A stretch of DNA of 64,000 bases. Source: the human T2T-CHM13v2.0 reference genome, Homo sapiens. Location of the stretch: assembly GCF_009914755.1 (NCBI RefSeq), contig NC_060932.1, one strand, 5' to 3'. A program made the position numbers and the translations under genes. Below, in pieces: positions 11,792 to 27,774 of this stretch. The notes under the pieces were generated by a model. The model was not told where the DNA came from and ran no database searches. It was given only the letters and a program-made list of their open reading frames with translations. Positions within the stretch are counted from its first letter, which is position 1. Every line of letters begins with the position of its first letter.

Positions 11792-14700
11792 TTTGGAGCA
11801 ATATAATTCATAGAGAATCACCAAGATTAAAATCTGATCAGATCTTAAAGAACACTTAGGGACCCTCCCTCAGATTATGAGAAAATAGAGACATAGAGAG
11901 TGAGGTGACTAGTTGAAAGTCACACTGCTAGTTAATAGAAGCATGAAACTAGTAATGTAGTCTGCCAGTTTCCACTCCAGTGTCATTTCTCTCTTCCTCC
12001 TTCCCTCTGTGTATAAGTGTGTGTGCATATGTCTGTGTGTGTATGCACCCCCACACACATTGTTATATATAGAGTATGTTTTGGAAGTCTCTCTAACAAA
12101 AACAAAAGCCCACTGACCCAGCATCAGTCTTTTTGTGTTGATGGAACAGGATTAATTGAAGCTGTAACATTAGGAATATATAGTTAATTTGATTGAGAAG
12201 GTTAGGGAATCCAGCGATACGTTTTAGAAAAGTTTTCATCTGTAATGGTTAAACAATTGTTGGTGCTTTAATGTGTCAGAAACCTTCAGTTAGCTAGAAA
12301 GCTTGACTGTCCAAACCATCTCCTTCCACCAGGTTTACAGATAGTTAAGCTTGGATTGCATTTCAATTAGTTTGCTAATGTGAAGCCTCAGCCTCTCTGA
12401 GTCTTTGGAGCAAGAGAGAGAGGCTCCAGGTGGAAGGAGTGTCCTTGCAGACGGTTTCTCTTGCTTTCCTGCCCTTCGTGTGGTGGGGGATTGATATGCA
12501 GCTGTTCTCCAGATGCCAGCTCTTCCCCAGAAGCAGCTGCGTCTCAGCAGGGGCCCCTTTTATCAATGTGACAACCTGCTGAGGGCTTTGGAACTTTTCC
12601 AGATGTAAGGCATGTTGAGGCTATAAAACATAATCATTAGCATTATTTCCATTTTCGTTTTAGAGTCTCAGCTGTTAAAAGTTTCTTGTACAGATTTAGG
12701 GCTTAATTGTTCTCATTTTTCTTCATAGGTAGCTTCTTTTAGACAGCATGGGATCTTCCCTTGGAGCTGATTTTCCTAAAAAGAAAGAAAGAATAGCTAT
12801 GAGTAATGTTCCTTGCTTCTGGCTGGCTGGGAAGGCTGAGATTAGAGAGCAGTCTTTTCCCAGCTGCAGTTATATGAGTGTCTGTGAGCTAAACATAATC
12901 GTCCATGGCTTTCTTTTGCTGAATCACAGGCTTTCTTTTGCTGAATTCACTTGGAATCAATTTCTTCTTTCTTTTTTTTTTTCTTTTCTACCCTCCCTTT
13001 CCTTTGTGAACACAGCTCTTATCTTTCATATAGCCTGGAGAGGATCTCTTCTTACTTCATCCTTCTTGGAATCTATGCGCTATTCAAGAGGGGCAATATA
13101 ATTTTTTTTTTTTTGGCGGGGGAGGGTGTTACTTGAAGATTAACAAGCTAACATTACTTTGCGTGAAAAAAATGATTTTATACTGAGGGTGGAGAAAATT
13201 GGAAATAGAGAACTTGAAGGTTTCTGAAAATATTAATCAAAGAAACAGATAAAATAATGACCTTGAATAAATTTGCCCACAGAAATTCATCTTATTGGTT
13301 TATATTGTAGTCACTTTGTCTTGAAAACCCAATTCCTCAGTGCACAGTCTCGGAATCACACTGAGTTTCGATGACAGGATTAGAAATACTCACACAACTC
13401 CATGCTGGTCGTCGTAGGCAGGCGATTTATGGCATCAGCGGTAAGCATCTCATGCCAGGAGCTGCTGAGAAGGATTTGTTCACACAGGGAACCCAATAAT
13501 TGGCCAGAGGAGAGAGGCTCATGCATACTGATATCTAAATACCCTGCAATGTTTTACAAGTCTTGAATTAGACATTCAGAAGGTCCTTGTCAGCTTCCTA
13601 GCCTTCAGAAAGCTGGACAGGCAGGCCCCCAAGGGACTTGGGCTGCAGCCCTCTCTGGAGGCTGGGTGTGGGGCTAGGTGGATTCCTGAGATCCACAAGC
13701 CTGTCTTCTCCAGTGAGCTCCAGTGTCTGCGAAGAAAGATGCACAGGTTAGACGGAGGGTGCAGGACCTTCAATCAGAAATCCCTTCTTTTGCTTAATAG
13801 CATAAAACAGTATGTGTAGTAAGATTCTGTTTTAAGAATACACACACACACATACACACACCGCTATCTATCATCTCTTTATCTAAAAATGTGTACCTAA
13901 AAGAAGGTAGAAAGACATAAAGCTGATATTGCATTGATTTTGAATAATCTATGTTTTCTTTTTTAGATTTTAAAAGCATTTTCTGATGTTTCTTGTATTT
14001 TCTATTTTTTTCAATAACACGAGTTACCTTTATAATCAGAAAATATCTAAAGATGTGTGCAAATCTACTAAATATTTGAGCCTGCAAATTAACATCAGAG
14101 TTGGACAGGATCAGTGTTGAGATTCTTTTCTCTACAAATCTACTGGAATCCCAAGTACTCTGGAAAGCCACCCTATAAGTCATAAAAGCTAGCTCAGGCA
14201 GAGCAGTAGAAAAACACAGATCTGCAATATTGCTATCGTTATTGCTGGTGGATTTCTCTAATATCCATACTTTTATTATCCCATTTTGGCTAGTTATGTG
14301 ACATATACAATTGTGAAAATGCCCGAATCTCTTAAAGATCTGTGCATCTTATTGTATATTAATTATATATACGTAAAATAGAAATAAAAATAAAAAATCA
14401 ACATAAGGTGAAATGTGCAATTTTAGACCTTTTAAAATTTCTATGGGACTATTTTTGCACAAATTGGTGATCTGGTCAGAAAAACGCTCAGTGGGAATAA
14501 AAAATGTGATATTAATAATATTAGCAAAAGCTATCACTTCCCCCAAGAAATAGCAGCCTCCAAAATGCTGCCTCTTATAGAAGACATCAGTGTCAGGGAA
14601 GGAAGGCACTGAGAAAAATCTCTTAGCTTTTATAATTGGGAGAGTAACAATAGCGTGCGAGAAGCTCTGTGATGTAAAAATGTTTGAAAGATACAAAACA

Positions 14701-15069
14701 TCATCTGGCATTAAATCACTGAAGAAGGCAAGAAGAAGATAACATACCTGGGATGTCTTTCATTTTATAAGTAATAAAATCACATTCAAATGGTGATGTT
14801 TTCCCCATCAGTGTTTGAGGCTGCGCCCCTCCCAATGTGTGGGACATTTTAATAATAAGCAAATGGACTTAAACCCTTGATAAAGCCAAAAGCTTATTTC
14901 CTAGGCCTTCTTTTTAATTTCAGTGGTGCAAGGCGAATTGGAAAACCAGTTAGCTCTGTTTTGTTCCAAATATTTAGCTAATGAAGTAAATTTAGAAAAA
15001 AATTATTCTAATTATTGTCTCAATCTTTAATCTTCAGATAGAGAATCATAAGAATTGTGTTTCTTATAA

Positions 15070-15260
15070 CTGTTATAAAAATAGTATTTTAAGTTTTTGG
15101 TGCATGATAGTTTTTAAAGCATTTTCACATACTTGATCTCAGTGAATTACCCTAACACCCCTCAAAGAAGTCAGGCTAAGAATTACTACTTTTTATTGTA
15201 AGGAAAATGAAGTTCAGCGAGGTTATGTGACTTTCCCAGTCCACTGCTAGAAATTGGAGC
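15070..15260 (-). mobile_element. MIR fragment
   Basis: AAAGCATTTTCACATAC...AAGGAAAATGAAGTTCAGCGAGGTTATGTGACTT. Confidence 0.7.
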
Positions 15261-15896
15261 TGTTCCTCTCAGTCTGGATTCTGATATGCCTGAATCAGAA
15301 TCGACATTTGTTACTTATTCCTATTTTAGAAAAATTTGTTTAACCAGAATCCACCAGATCAGTGAGTTGGGTTGCTCTGGATGAGTGAACACCTGAGGCC
15401 TTCCACCTATGGGGTTTATATTAGGGTCCAGGCTCCTCCTGCTTCACTGGTCTATGGCTAAAAATGAGGTCACTGTAAAAGTAATAATTTAAATATCTCC
15501 AGATCAAGTTAAGTGCCTGAAAAAGGTAGAAGTGTAAACCCCCATACAATTCCCCACTACTTTCAATGGGGATTCAAAAGGGAGTTGGCCCAAGTCCGTA
15601 AAATGCCAACATACACTGCTAGTAAACATTTTTACCCATCTGTCATTGGAGGGAGTCCAGAATTCTCCTTTTTAATGGGGTCCAAATCTGCCCTTGGAGG
15701 CTCTAGCACTCCCTGAGCCACTGCGAGGTTGATTCTCTCTGAGAAGTGGGCAGCTGTGCCTGGCTTACCTGCTGTCTGTTTCTCTTTATCATATGGGCAT
15801 CAAAGCAGGATAGCTTAGCACCCTGGTCTCAAGGCTTGCTCAAAAAAAAATGATAATAATAGTAATAATAAAAATCTGTCAGTTCTGCTAACAGTT

Positions 15897-16277
15897 TGTG
15901 TTAGTCTGTTCTCACGTTGCTGATAAAGACATACCTGAGACTGGGTAATTTATAAAGAAAAAGAGGTTTAATGGACTCATAGTTCCATGTGGCTGGAGAG
16001 GACTCACAATCGTGGCGGAAGGAGAAAGGCACGTCTTACATGGCAGCAGGCAAAGAGGGAATGAGAGCCAAGCAAAAGGTTCTCTTATGAAGAAAAATGG
16101 TTTATCTTATAAAATCATCAGGTTTCCTGAGACTTATTCACTATTGCAAGAATAGTGTGAGGGAAACCTCCCCCATGATTCAATTATCTGCCACCAGGTC
16201 CCTCCCACAACACATGGGAATTATGGGAACTACAATTCAAGATGAGATTTGGGTGCAGACACAGCCAAACCATATCA
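15897..16277 (-). mobile_element. THE1 (THE1B/C) solo LTR
   Basis: TG..CA termini, THE1 motifs (GATAAAGACATACCTGAGACTGGG, GATGAGATTTGGGTG..GACACAGCCAAACCATATCA); perfect TSD CAGTT at 15892-15896 and 16278-16282. Confidence 0.95.
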
Positions 16278-16886
16278 CAGTTCTCTTCCCCATACCTGAA
16301 TCTGAAGACTTAGTAGAGGTCTAATATCTAAAGTCAGACACAAGGCTTTCCCGCGTTCCTTGTATTCCCCTCCTCCACTTGGCAATATATACACACGCAC
16401 CCGTCCAAAATCTTCAGCAAAAACCTCATATGCAAATAACATTTGGTGGCCCCACCATTTGGTCATCACAGAGGCCAGGCTGCTCAGACATGTTTGAATC
16501 CCACCTGTGGCTCAAACCAAAGCCTCTGCCCCATTATTCAGCTGGAGCAATAAGATTAACACCTGTGAAAAGATAAGTGCACAATCCAACATGGAACATA
16601 ATCAAAGGCTACACAGACGACATGTACTGCCAGTGCTATGGGATTCTGGGCCAGGAAAGGTCCCCACAGGCACATGTTAGGAAAGACTGCACATGAGGAT
16701 AGAGGTGTGCTGAATCCGGAAGAAAGGGCAGGATTTTGATAGGAGGGATCCTGCTTTCATTAATCGTACTTGAGGCATACTTAGCACATACATCCTTATA
16801 GAGTTCATTTAATGAGTTTTCTAATTTCCTGCCTTAAGGGAAACTGAATTACTGCCCCCCACTTCCCCTTTTTTTTCTGGCACTAG

Positions 16887-17555
<669 letters not shown>

Positions 17556-18539
17556 CCAGTCATCATTTATGTCTTTCAGATCCATGGGCTTCTGTTCCCT
17601 GCACCCCACCTCCAGGCCCTGGAGACCAGGGCGCCAGGGTCATAGGCTCTGCTACCTCAGCCGGGCACTGCTGCCATCTGCTGGGCACTGGTTGGGGCTT
17701 CTCCTGTGTGCGGCTACTCGGGGTGCCACAGTGCTGCGTTCTGCAGAGGGGGAGTAATCCTAGACACTTGAGATCCCAGAGATGGGTAGAATGGGGGTGA
17801 CGTGTATGTGGGCACACAGGGATTTACCAAAGCAGTGCAGCTTATGCCCCCAAATTTAACAACTGAAAACTCCAAATTCTCCCTCCTGGAGCTATCTACC
17901 ATCCAACCAACTTCTGCAGTACTCAAATTCCATTCAAACACCACGCCCACCTTAGAATTGTCCCTTCCCTGACTCCATCGGCCATGCTTATCTGTTTGAA
18001 CTTCTATTCCCTTGGAATGTATTCTCCCCTGGGAGGTTTCTTCATCCTTCTTTCAAATAGACATTTGGCAAGTCTAGCACATCGGTTTGCCAGACATACC
18101 TAGATATATATCAGCTCTAGCAGTGGGACTTTTAAGCGTTTACAGGGCCCTAAATTCAGACATTTTCTATTTGCTATAAGAACATCTCACGTGTTAGTTA
18201 CTCTGAAGTTCACTGGGGCAGAATGCCATACATCTGATTTATAATAACGTTTAAAAAGATGATATCTTCTGGTGTGGGGGGTATCTTTTCTGAAACCTTT
18301 TTAATCATTAGCTTCAAGGGAACAAAACTTCATTTGGCACCAGCAAAGGCAAGGCACTTGCATATGAGTTGGTAGACGTTTGATATTTAGTTGGTATATA
18401 GGTGAAAGTATACAGAAGTCTATGATACTTAAAAGTTCTTGGAAATGTGACTATTAAGATCACACATTCGTTTTATTAATTTTTTATTATGGTCATGCTT
18501 TCTTTAAATTTGGGGTTTCAAAGTCTTTTTAAAAATTGA

Positions 18540-18679
18540 TATTTTATTATTATTGTCTTAGAGACAAGGTATTGCTCTGTTGCTCAGGCTGCAGTGTAGT
18601 GTCATGATTATAGCTCACTGCAGCCTTGAATTCCCGGCCTTAGTGATCCTCCTGCCTTGGTCCCCCAAAGTGCTGGGAT
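18540..18679 (-). mobile_element. 5'-truncated Alu monomer (FRAM/FAM-like)
   Basis: Single arm; TSD GGGTTTCAAAGTC at 18513-18525 and 18680-18692. Confidence 0.85.
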
Positions 18680-19064
18680 GGGTTTCAAAGTCCTTAAAAA
18701 TTATATTGGCATTAGGAATCTATGCATGCCATAACAAGTATTTATTTTTGAGCTTGGGCAGGACTCACAATGGTTTTGCCCATGTACCTATTTTGGTATT
18801 TTGCTGGTTATACCACTTCTCCTACTATATTGTATGAAGATCTGCAGAGACAGGTTGAGAGTCTGTGGGTAAGCCCCAGTACTGCTGGTTGGTGTTTATT
18901 CCAACTGATTGGATGTCCTCTTTGAGGACATTCTCAAAGAGGACGTTTAAGTAAATAAATTTTGAGTACTACTCCTGATTTTAGATAGAGTTGTTAACCC
19001 ACTAATGTGATAGTTTACATTTTATAGAATGATTTTATATACTTATCACATTGGAAAATTGTAA

Positions 19065-19427
<363 letters not shown>

Positions 19428-19474
19428 TAAGAAAACTCAAAGTTGCAATGATCACACTCCAGTTTATACAATGA

Positions 19475-19846
<372 letters not shown>

Positions 19847-20865
19847 TAGTTTCTCTTTAGAGCTGCTGTGGAGAAGGAATATTTGCTAGTGCATATTTTT
19901 CACTACTTTTTTAAGCGACATTTTCTTCTTATTTTGGTTTGTGTGTTTGGGAGAAAATGTCTCATCTAACTGGAAAAATGAGGATGTAAATTTATAGGCT
20001 GATGCACAGGAGAGAGGAGGGGGTGTCTTGTGGGTGATGACAGGTGTGTGAGGGATGTGAGGTTGTGAGCAGGTGTGTGAGAGAGTGTGATGGAGCACAG
20101 TCATGTCAGGCTGAGTAACATTTCCTCTCCACAGGGTAATTTACTAGGGGACCCTTGACACAGCAGGAAATGTGGAATAGATAGTGTAAGAACAGCTGGA
20201 ACACCTGGAAAAACTGTATACTTGGAGGGAATTGTGGATTCAACATCTTCATCATCATTTAGTTTGCTACCTGGTATTGTTAGTTATGTTTCTTTGGATA
20301 TGTTATTTTTTTTTCTAATTGCGTGCCAAGCTTTCAGATGGAAGGAACGGTATTTTGCCTCAATACATCCCTGCAGTATTTGGCACAGTAGAAGGAACGG
20401 TGCATGTGTTTAGGACTCATTGTTAGTTATTTATTCCTGCTATTCTCAGTGGTCAGGGAGACATATAGCTTATTGCCCCACAAGCTGTAGTTAAAAACAA
20501 ACAAACAAACAAAATCCATGAGCCCCAGTAAAGGAAATCTGTTAATAGTCATGCTTCCTTCAACTCTTAAGGGGTCCAAACAGAGTAATGCCATCATTTG
20601 GGTTTGCAGATAGATTTCCTTAGGTAAAAACTTAACAAAAAAACAAACATTCTGGAAAGTCCAGTCAGAATAGCCTATCTCAAGAAAGTTTTGTTTGCTT
20701 AAACTTAATAGCTCTGTCAACCTAATCACTTCCCTTCCAATAATTTCCCTGTGGTCCATTTCACCCCAGATTTTCATAATGATCATTTGCTGGCAGTAGA
20801 AACTCAGCAACAGAAAGCATACAATGTAAGCTACATGCAGGTCAAGACTTGGAGCACACAATGCT

Positions 20866-21728
<863 letters not shown>

Positions 21729-24700
21729 GTCCTCAGTCCTCAATAAAAATTATTGAATAGAAAATTTAAATGAATGAATAAATGATTAAATAAATGAAAT
21801 AGGTGGTGATTTTATTCAATTTTCCCATTCCACAAATAAGGAAATTGAAGTCAAAGTAGTTAAATAACTTGGCTCATATGAGGCAGCAAGTTTGCGGAGA
21901 GACAAGTATAAACTATTATAATTTCCTTTTAAAATAACATTATGGCTCCCTAATGATATTATAAGCTCCTTGAGAGCAGGAAACATGTTTCTATTTCTTT
22001 ACATCATCAGGGTCTACAAAAAGTATTTCATGCATTTCTGATTTACAAATTACTGTTTTAATATATAGTATATGGCCACAGCACACGAGTCAAAAGGCAG
22101 AACAGCTTTAGTGAAAAGCAAATCTCTTTCCTCTTTCACCCAGCTACCCAATTCTCTTCTTCAGAGGCATTCCCTGTCAAAACTTTTTGTTTGCTTGTTT
22201 GTTTTGTTTTATGTTCTTTCAGAAGTCTATCATTTGTTTGTTATAGATGATGGTGAGTAGAACTCAGGGCTTGTTTGTTTCCGAAAATCTGGGAAAGGAG
22301 AATATGGGACAATAAACAAAGCCCAGTCCCATGCCTCCCTCTTAGCCATCTGCTATACCATCTACGAAACCACACCATTTTTTGGAGACAAAGTTGAACT
22401 AAAAAATAATCAGGGCTGATCAAAATAATCAGAGTAAGTGATATCTTCTGGGTTATTGTGGTCTATATCCTAGCAAAATGAAAAAACAAAAACAGAAACA
22501 AAAGCAAAGTGAAGATATAAGGGATTCTCTAGATGTTGGCCAAGAGTCATACCCTTAAATGTTTTGTCTGGATCAGAAACAATGGAAATATGTCTCCAAA
22601 GGCTCAAAGGGACTGCTTTGCTATCCTGTAGGGGTAATTGTGCATAGACAACATTGACATTCTGGGGCTGGATTGGGGGAAGACACAACAAAGGAGAAGG
22701 GAAAGAATGTGAGATGAAGTTGGGGTGCAGTTAAGAAGGATCAGGGTTTCCAGTAGTTTAAAATATGGTAGATAAATTAAGAGGATGAAGTTTCAGAAAT
22801 GGGTGTGGCTGTCACAGAAAGCAGGGTATGTTATACCATGGAAATACAATACATTTCTGTAAAGTAGGGAGCTAAGAGCTAGATTGCTGGAATTAAGAAG
22901 TAGGGGACAGAAAGAGGGAGGACTTGTGTAGAACGTAAAGGTACTAAATGAACACCATGTGTGCAAAGTTTTTTGGCTACTGTGGGAGAGTGAAAGATGA
23001 GATAGAATAGAGGAAGAGAGAAGAAAGCATTAAAATATGCCTTTTAAAGAGTGTTTTTAAGATGGGGAAGTTCAGAACATGTTTTAAAATGGAAAGAACT
23101 TCTCCCCCACCACCCAAAGAAAGGGCCAAAGAAAGAAAAATTATGGGAAAGAAGTCTTGGATAAAGGGGACAAACTCATTTCTCTTAATAATATCCTACA
23201 TATAACCTAATTTTTTTCAAAGTGCTTCAAGTACTGTATCTCCTAGGTTTTTCTTCTTATAAATAGACTTACCAGCTATAGAAATTTAGAGTTATTTTTC
23301 TCTGTCAAGAAAACCAAATATTTTTACAATACATTTTAGTTTTTTATAAAAATTAAAAATCCGAAGTTTTATTTTCTCTTATTTCCTCCCTTTCTCCCTT
23401 TTCCTTAATGCCTTATCTTTTTATAGTCACCTCTTCTCCATGTTTCTGTGCCTCAGCATTTTGCCAGAGATGATGAAATATCACCACCCCCCTCACTTTG
23501 TCATTTTCTTTCAACTTGTTCTATACTAAAATGTTGTTCTGCTTCCCCAAAGTTTTTACTGTCAAAACTTTATAGCTCAGCTCTTTTCTATGAGTTTACT
23601 TGAGGTAGTTGCTTGTCTCTTGCATCAGGGTGATGTAAATTTTTACCAGCCCTCTGAGGGATGTGATACATACAACATTCCCACACCAATCTTTCATTAT
23701 GATATTCACCACGTAGCACAGGTTGACTTGTTTCTTAGCAGAGTGCTTTTTCTACCACTGCAGTGTCTTAATTTTGTGTGATGAGGGTTTTTGTATCCTA
23801 GTGTGTGCTAGGGGTTTCAGATAAACTGAATTTCCTTCTGCAGAAAGAATTTCTCTTCTGGTTCAGAAAGCTAAATTTCTTTCTGTGGATGTCTACTGAA
23901 GACAAGTTTTTTTCTCAACATCTAGTCTCATTCTAGTCTGTTTCTGTTGTCTTGCATTAAGGTATGTCTTCTCATTGGAGCCTAACCAAAGGCATGGCTC
24001 CCCAAATTCTCCCAAACAGAATTATATTCTAGGACAGAATCATAATATCCATCAGATGCTACATTCTGGAAATTTCATGTGCCTGAGAAGTCAGGGATAT
24101 GGGTGGTTTGTTTTTAGTACTCCCAATATCTTTTTCAATATTATCTTGTGTCTCATTTCTCTTCACCAAGTACTTTTGCTGGTTAAAGTTTTGCTGTGAT
24201 AGTTATGGGAAGGTATTAGTAACTTTAGGAAGAAGGCAGTACTTGATCTGATTCTTAGATGATGACCTCTTAGATCCCAGGGGACCCAAAGGGGAGATAC
24301 ATTTGGGCAGGGGAAAGATCATCCTGACATTCTTCAGCCTAACCAGTAAGTTGCTGCTGACTCTGCATGCTCGTGAGACAGCCCAACCTCCATAGTAATT
24401 ATCAGTGCTTATACCAAGGTTCAAGGCTGCCTTTTTGCCAGTGCCTCTGCTTAATGATCACTTCTCTCTATGTTCTTCACGACCTCACAGCTCCATCGCA
24501 CTCTGCTGCACTGGCCACCTGCATATCAAGGTTGCACTTCATCTGTACGTCCTGTCTCTGGCAACTGTGATGTTCAACTTCCCTGAACTAGAAGAAGAGG
24601 GAAGAAGAAAAACCTCTTCTTTGTTGAGAATTCATTCCAGCACAATTACCCGGCAGGGAGCCTGCCTTCTAGGTTCCCTCCCACGCACTGCTGGAAGCTT

Positions 24701-25356
24701 CCAGCATCCTATCTCTGCAGCTCTAACCCTGTGTCTGCTTTGATAAGAGCTATGGTGTAATCAGCGCAGCCGCAGTTCTCTAGCTCTGATTCCCCCTTGT
24801 GGCTTCTGCATTCCTGTTGATAATTAAAGAAAGCTTTCTTGCCATGATGCAGGCTATATAAAATAAGTTAATAAGTAATAAAGCAGCTGGCCTTAAGCCA
24901 GGAACTTGCTGCTGCTGGTATCGGTCCCATCCTGTGGTATAGTTACTGAGGGGGAAGGAAGCTTGGCTCTCAGACACAGGCTTTTGGAATGGATAGCTGA
25001 GAGAGTCAGCTTGGCTTGATGTGCCACTAAAAATGTAAGAGCCATAAAGAACATTCTGTGAGAGAGTTTATGGGTCCTTGGCCTTTGAATGAGATGGATC
25101 GCTGACCCTCCTTCCTATGTTCCCACCTCATCTTCTCTCAAGTCCCAGATTATTTAACTCTTTTTGCCAACCGTATCACTGCATAGCTCACTCCTATTTT
25201 ATTAGGTTTAAAATAAATGCAGCAGGGACCTGATCTCCAAGTTTTGTGTTACTCAACCCTTGATTTCATATCTTCCTTTTGAAGATTGCACCCTGATACA
25301 TTAAAGATGAGTGCCTTGAGAGCCATTTATTTTGAGATTACTGTGTGCTCACTTAT

Positions 25357-26011
25357 TGTATTAGAGTTCTCCTGTGAGATAGAACTAATAGGATAGCTAG
25401 ATGGGTGGATGGATAGACAGACAGGTGGATGGATGGATAGATAGATAGATAGGTAGATGGATGGATGGATGGATGGATGGATGGATGGATGGATGGATGG
25501 ATATGAGGGGATCTATTAGGGAAATTGGCTCACATGATTATGGAGCCTGAGAAGTCCCATCACAGGTCATCTGTGACCTGGAGAATCAGGGAAGCCAGGA
25601 GCACGGCTCAGGCCAAGTCCAAAGGCCTGATAATCAGGGAAGCCAGTGGTGCAGCTCTCAGGCCGAGGCCAAAGGCTTGAGAACATGGGGCCACTGGTGT
25701 AAGCCTTGGAGTCTGAAGGCTGGAGAACTTGTTGTTCTGAGGTCTAAGGGCAGAAGAAGAAGGGTGTCCCAACTCTAGAAAAGATAGAGTAAATTAGTTT
25801 TTCCCCTGCTCTTTGTTCTATCAGGGCCCTCAGCCAATTGGATGGCACTGTCCCATACTGGGTGAGGGTGGATATTCCTTACTCAGTCCACTGGTTCAAG
25901 TGCCAATCTCTTCTGGAAGCATCCTCACAGACATAGCTAGAAATAATGCTTTAGCGGTGATCTGGGCATCCCTTAATGCAATCAAGTTGACACCTAAAAT
26001 TTACCCTCACA
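25357..26011 (-). mobile_element. MLT2B ERVL solo LTR
   Basis: TGTATTAG.GTTCTCC...GGAAATTGGCTCACATGATTATGGAG.CTGAGAAGTCCCA...CAAGTTGACACCTAAAATT.ACC.TCACA. Confidence 0.92.
25392..25503. repeat. Compound (GGAT)n/(AGAT)n tetranucleotide STR inside MLT2B
   Basis: Read directly. Confidence 0.95.
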
Positions 26012-26958
26012 CCCATGCTCTCTCGAAGTGGCCGTGGGTTGTTTCTCTGTTCCTGGAGGCCCTGGAGAAGCTTCCCCGTAATGAGGTTTCGGCTCCATCA
26101 CAGCCCAGGAAACTTTCTGGGAAGTGTTTGGGCCTGGAGGAGAGTGGGGTGGTGGTGAGCCTGTTTTGATTAGTAACAGATGTCTTGCTTGCATTTAGTC
26201 TGCCTTCGGTACAAAAAGAAGAGCTGAGACCATTGTTCAGGTGATTTGGGTTTAAAAAATCCCTGTACTCAATTTCCTTCAAAGAAGAAAGTGATATTTG
26301 ATTGTGAATGAGCCAAGATGTCTGTTTCCATGAATGAGGGTAACTGGTGCTCAGGACACACATTTGCTTTTATCGGCTGCCCATATTGTCCTCGGACGTG
26401 GAAAAGGTACAACTCTATAGAGGGCTGAAAGGGTAGTTTCAGGAGCTCCCGCAGCAACAACCCCTCTAAACCCTGCAGCCTTCCAAACCCACTGGCAGTT
26501 AAGTAAAGCATTAGCAAAATAAGCTCTTCCACACCTAACTGCTACTTCTGACTCTGATGTTTATTCTGGAATTATCTACAGCTCATCCCTGGTTTCTGTT
26601 GTTGACCGTAAGCTTTGGGTTTCATACGTTACTCTCTAAACATCCTTTGGTACTGACTTCATGGTGACATTCAAAACATTCACTAACGCTCTTTCCCTCC
26701 TGAATACTGATATGTCATCTTCTACTTGCTTCACATATACTGTCCCAGAGTTGTTCTTGGTTGATTCACACTTCCTCCTAGGTTTCCTACCCTAGGTTGG
26801 CTCCTGACTCTAGCTCCTCTTAAAGCTATTTACTGTGAAACTTGACTGCCCGGCAGGTGATGAAACAATTGCCACCATTTATTTGTTGACTCATCCTGAG
26901 ATCCAAAGATATAATTATGACAACTACTGTTCAAATTAATCAACCACATTTCTACAAC

Positions 26959-27052
26959 TAGGGCTGCCACAATGCACAACTACAGGGGCCAGCACTCACA
27001 TACAATGCAAGGTGAATGGTACCTCTTAGCGTTGTGCTATGTGAAGGTCCTG
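26959..27052. mobile_element. MER91-like hAT-Tip100 MITE (palindromic)
   Basis: AGGGCTGCC...TGCACAACT.CAGGGG...TCACAT...GTGAATGG..CC...GTTGTGC...CCTG. Confidence 0.7.
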
Positions 27053-27774
27053 GTGAAAGCTTTGTCCATGTACAACAGCAGTTCCTTTAACCCCAACATG
27101 CAAAACTAGACTGTAGATGAATCTGGAAACTCTGACATATTTAGCGATCACAGGAATGTTAAGATCCGACTTGCTAGAGTGAACTGATTTATTACTGTCT
27201 TCTGTGTCTACACTCTAGGTGTACGTGAAAAAGCCACATTGTGGCTGGTCATGCACAATAATAGAAAAATAGAAAGTGGGTTATATGCACTTATGTTACA
27301 TTCTGCCACATCACTCAGTGCTCTTACGCATCTTCATCCCTAGCTTTTTCCACCATTCTTCTCAATCTGGAACATTCCCTACTATTCAGAGTCTTTGTTT
27401 TATTTGGAGTTAGTCAATCCCCTTCCTAACACACACTGAATCCTTTGCCCCTCCTCTTTTTGCCCCAAACACATTTCTAGGAAGGCTTATCTTGGATTTA
27501 TTTGCTGATGGGATTTGGCAATTTTGATAGTGGTTATAATTTTTCATGTAACCTCTATAATTCTTTAATTGTTGGAAGGCTAGGAGAGATGGTTTTTTTT
27601 TTTTTTTAACATCAGGAGGATCAGGAGTTGGATTAAGCTATAAACTATCCTTCCTGTGTAAATATATAGCGATCTGACTTCAGTGACTACTTAATCTCCC
27701 TTTATTTATATACTATTATAAGAGGATTGAATTATATAATTCCAGCTATATGACTGATTAAATAGCATGTTCCA

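Noticed and set aside
25580-25685. Direct repeat AATCAGGGAAGCCAG...CCAAAGGC
   Set aside because: Internal repetition typical of MLT2B LTR consensus
26959-27052. Hairpin as a novel ncRNA
   Set aside because: Explained by a palindromic MER91-like MITE
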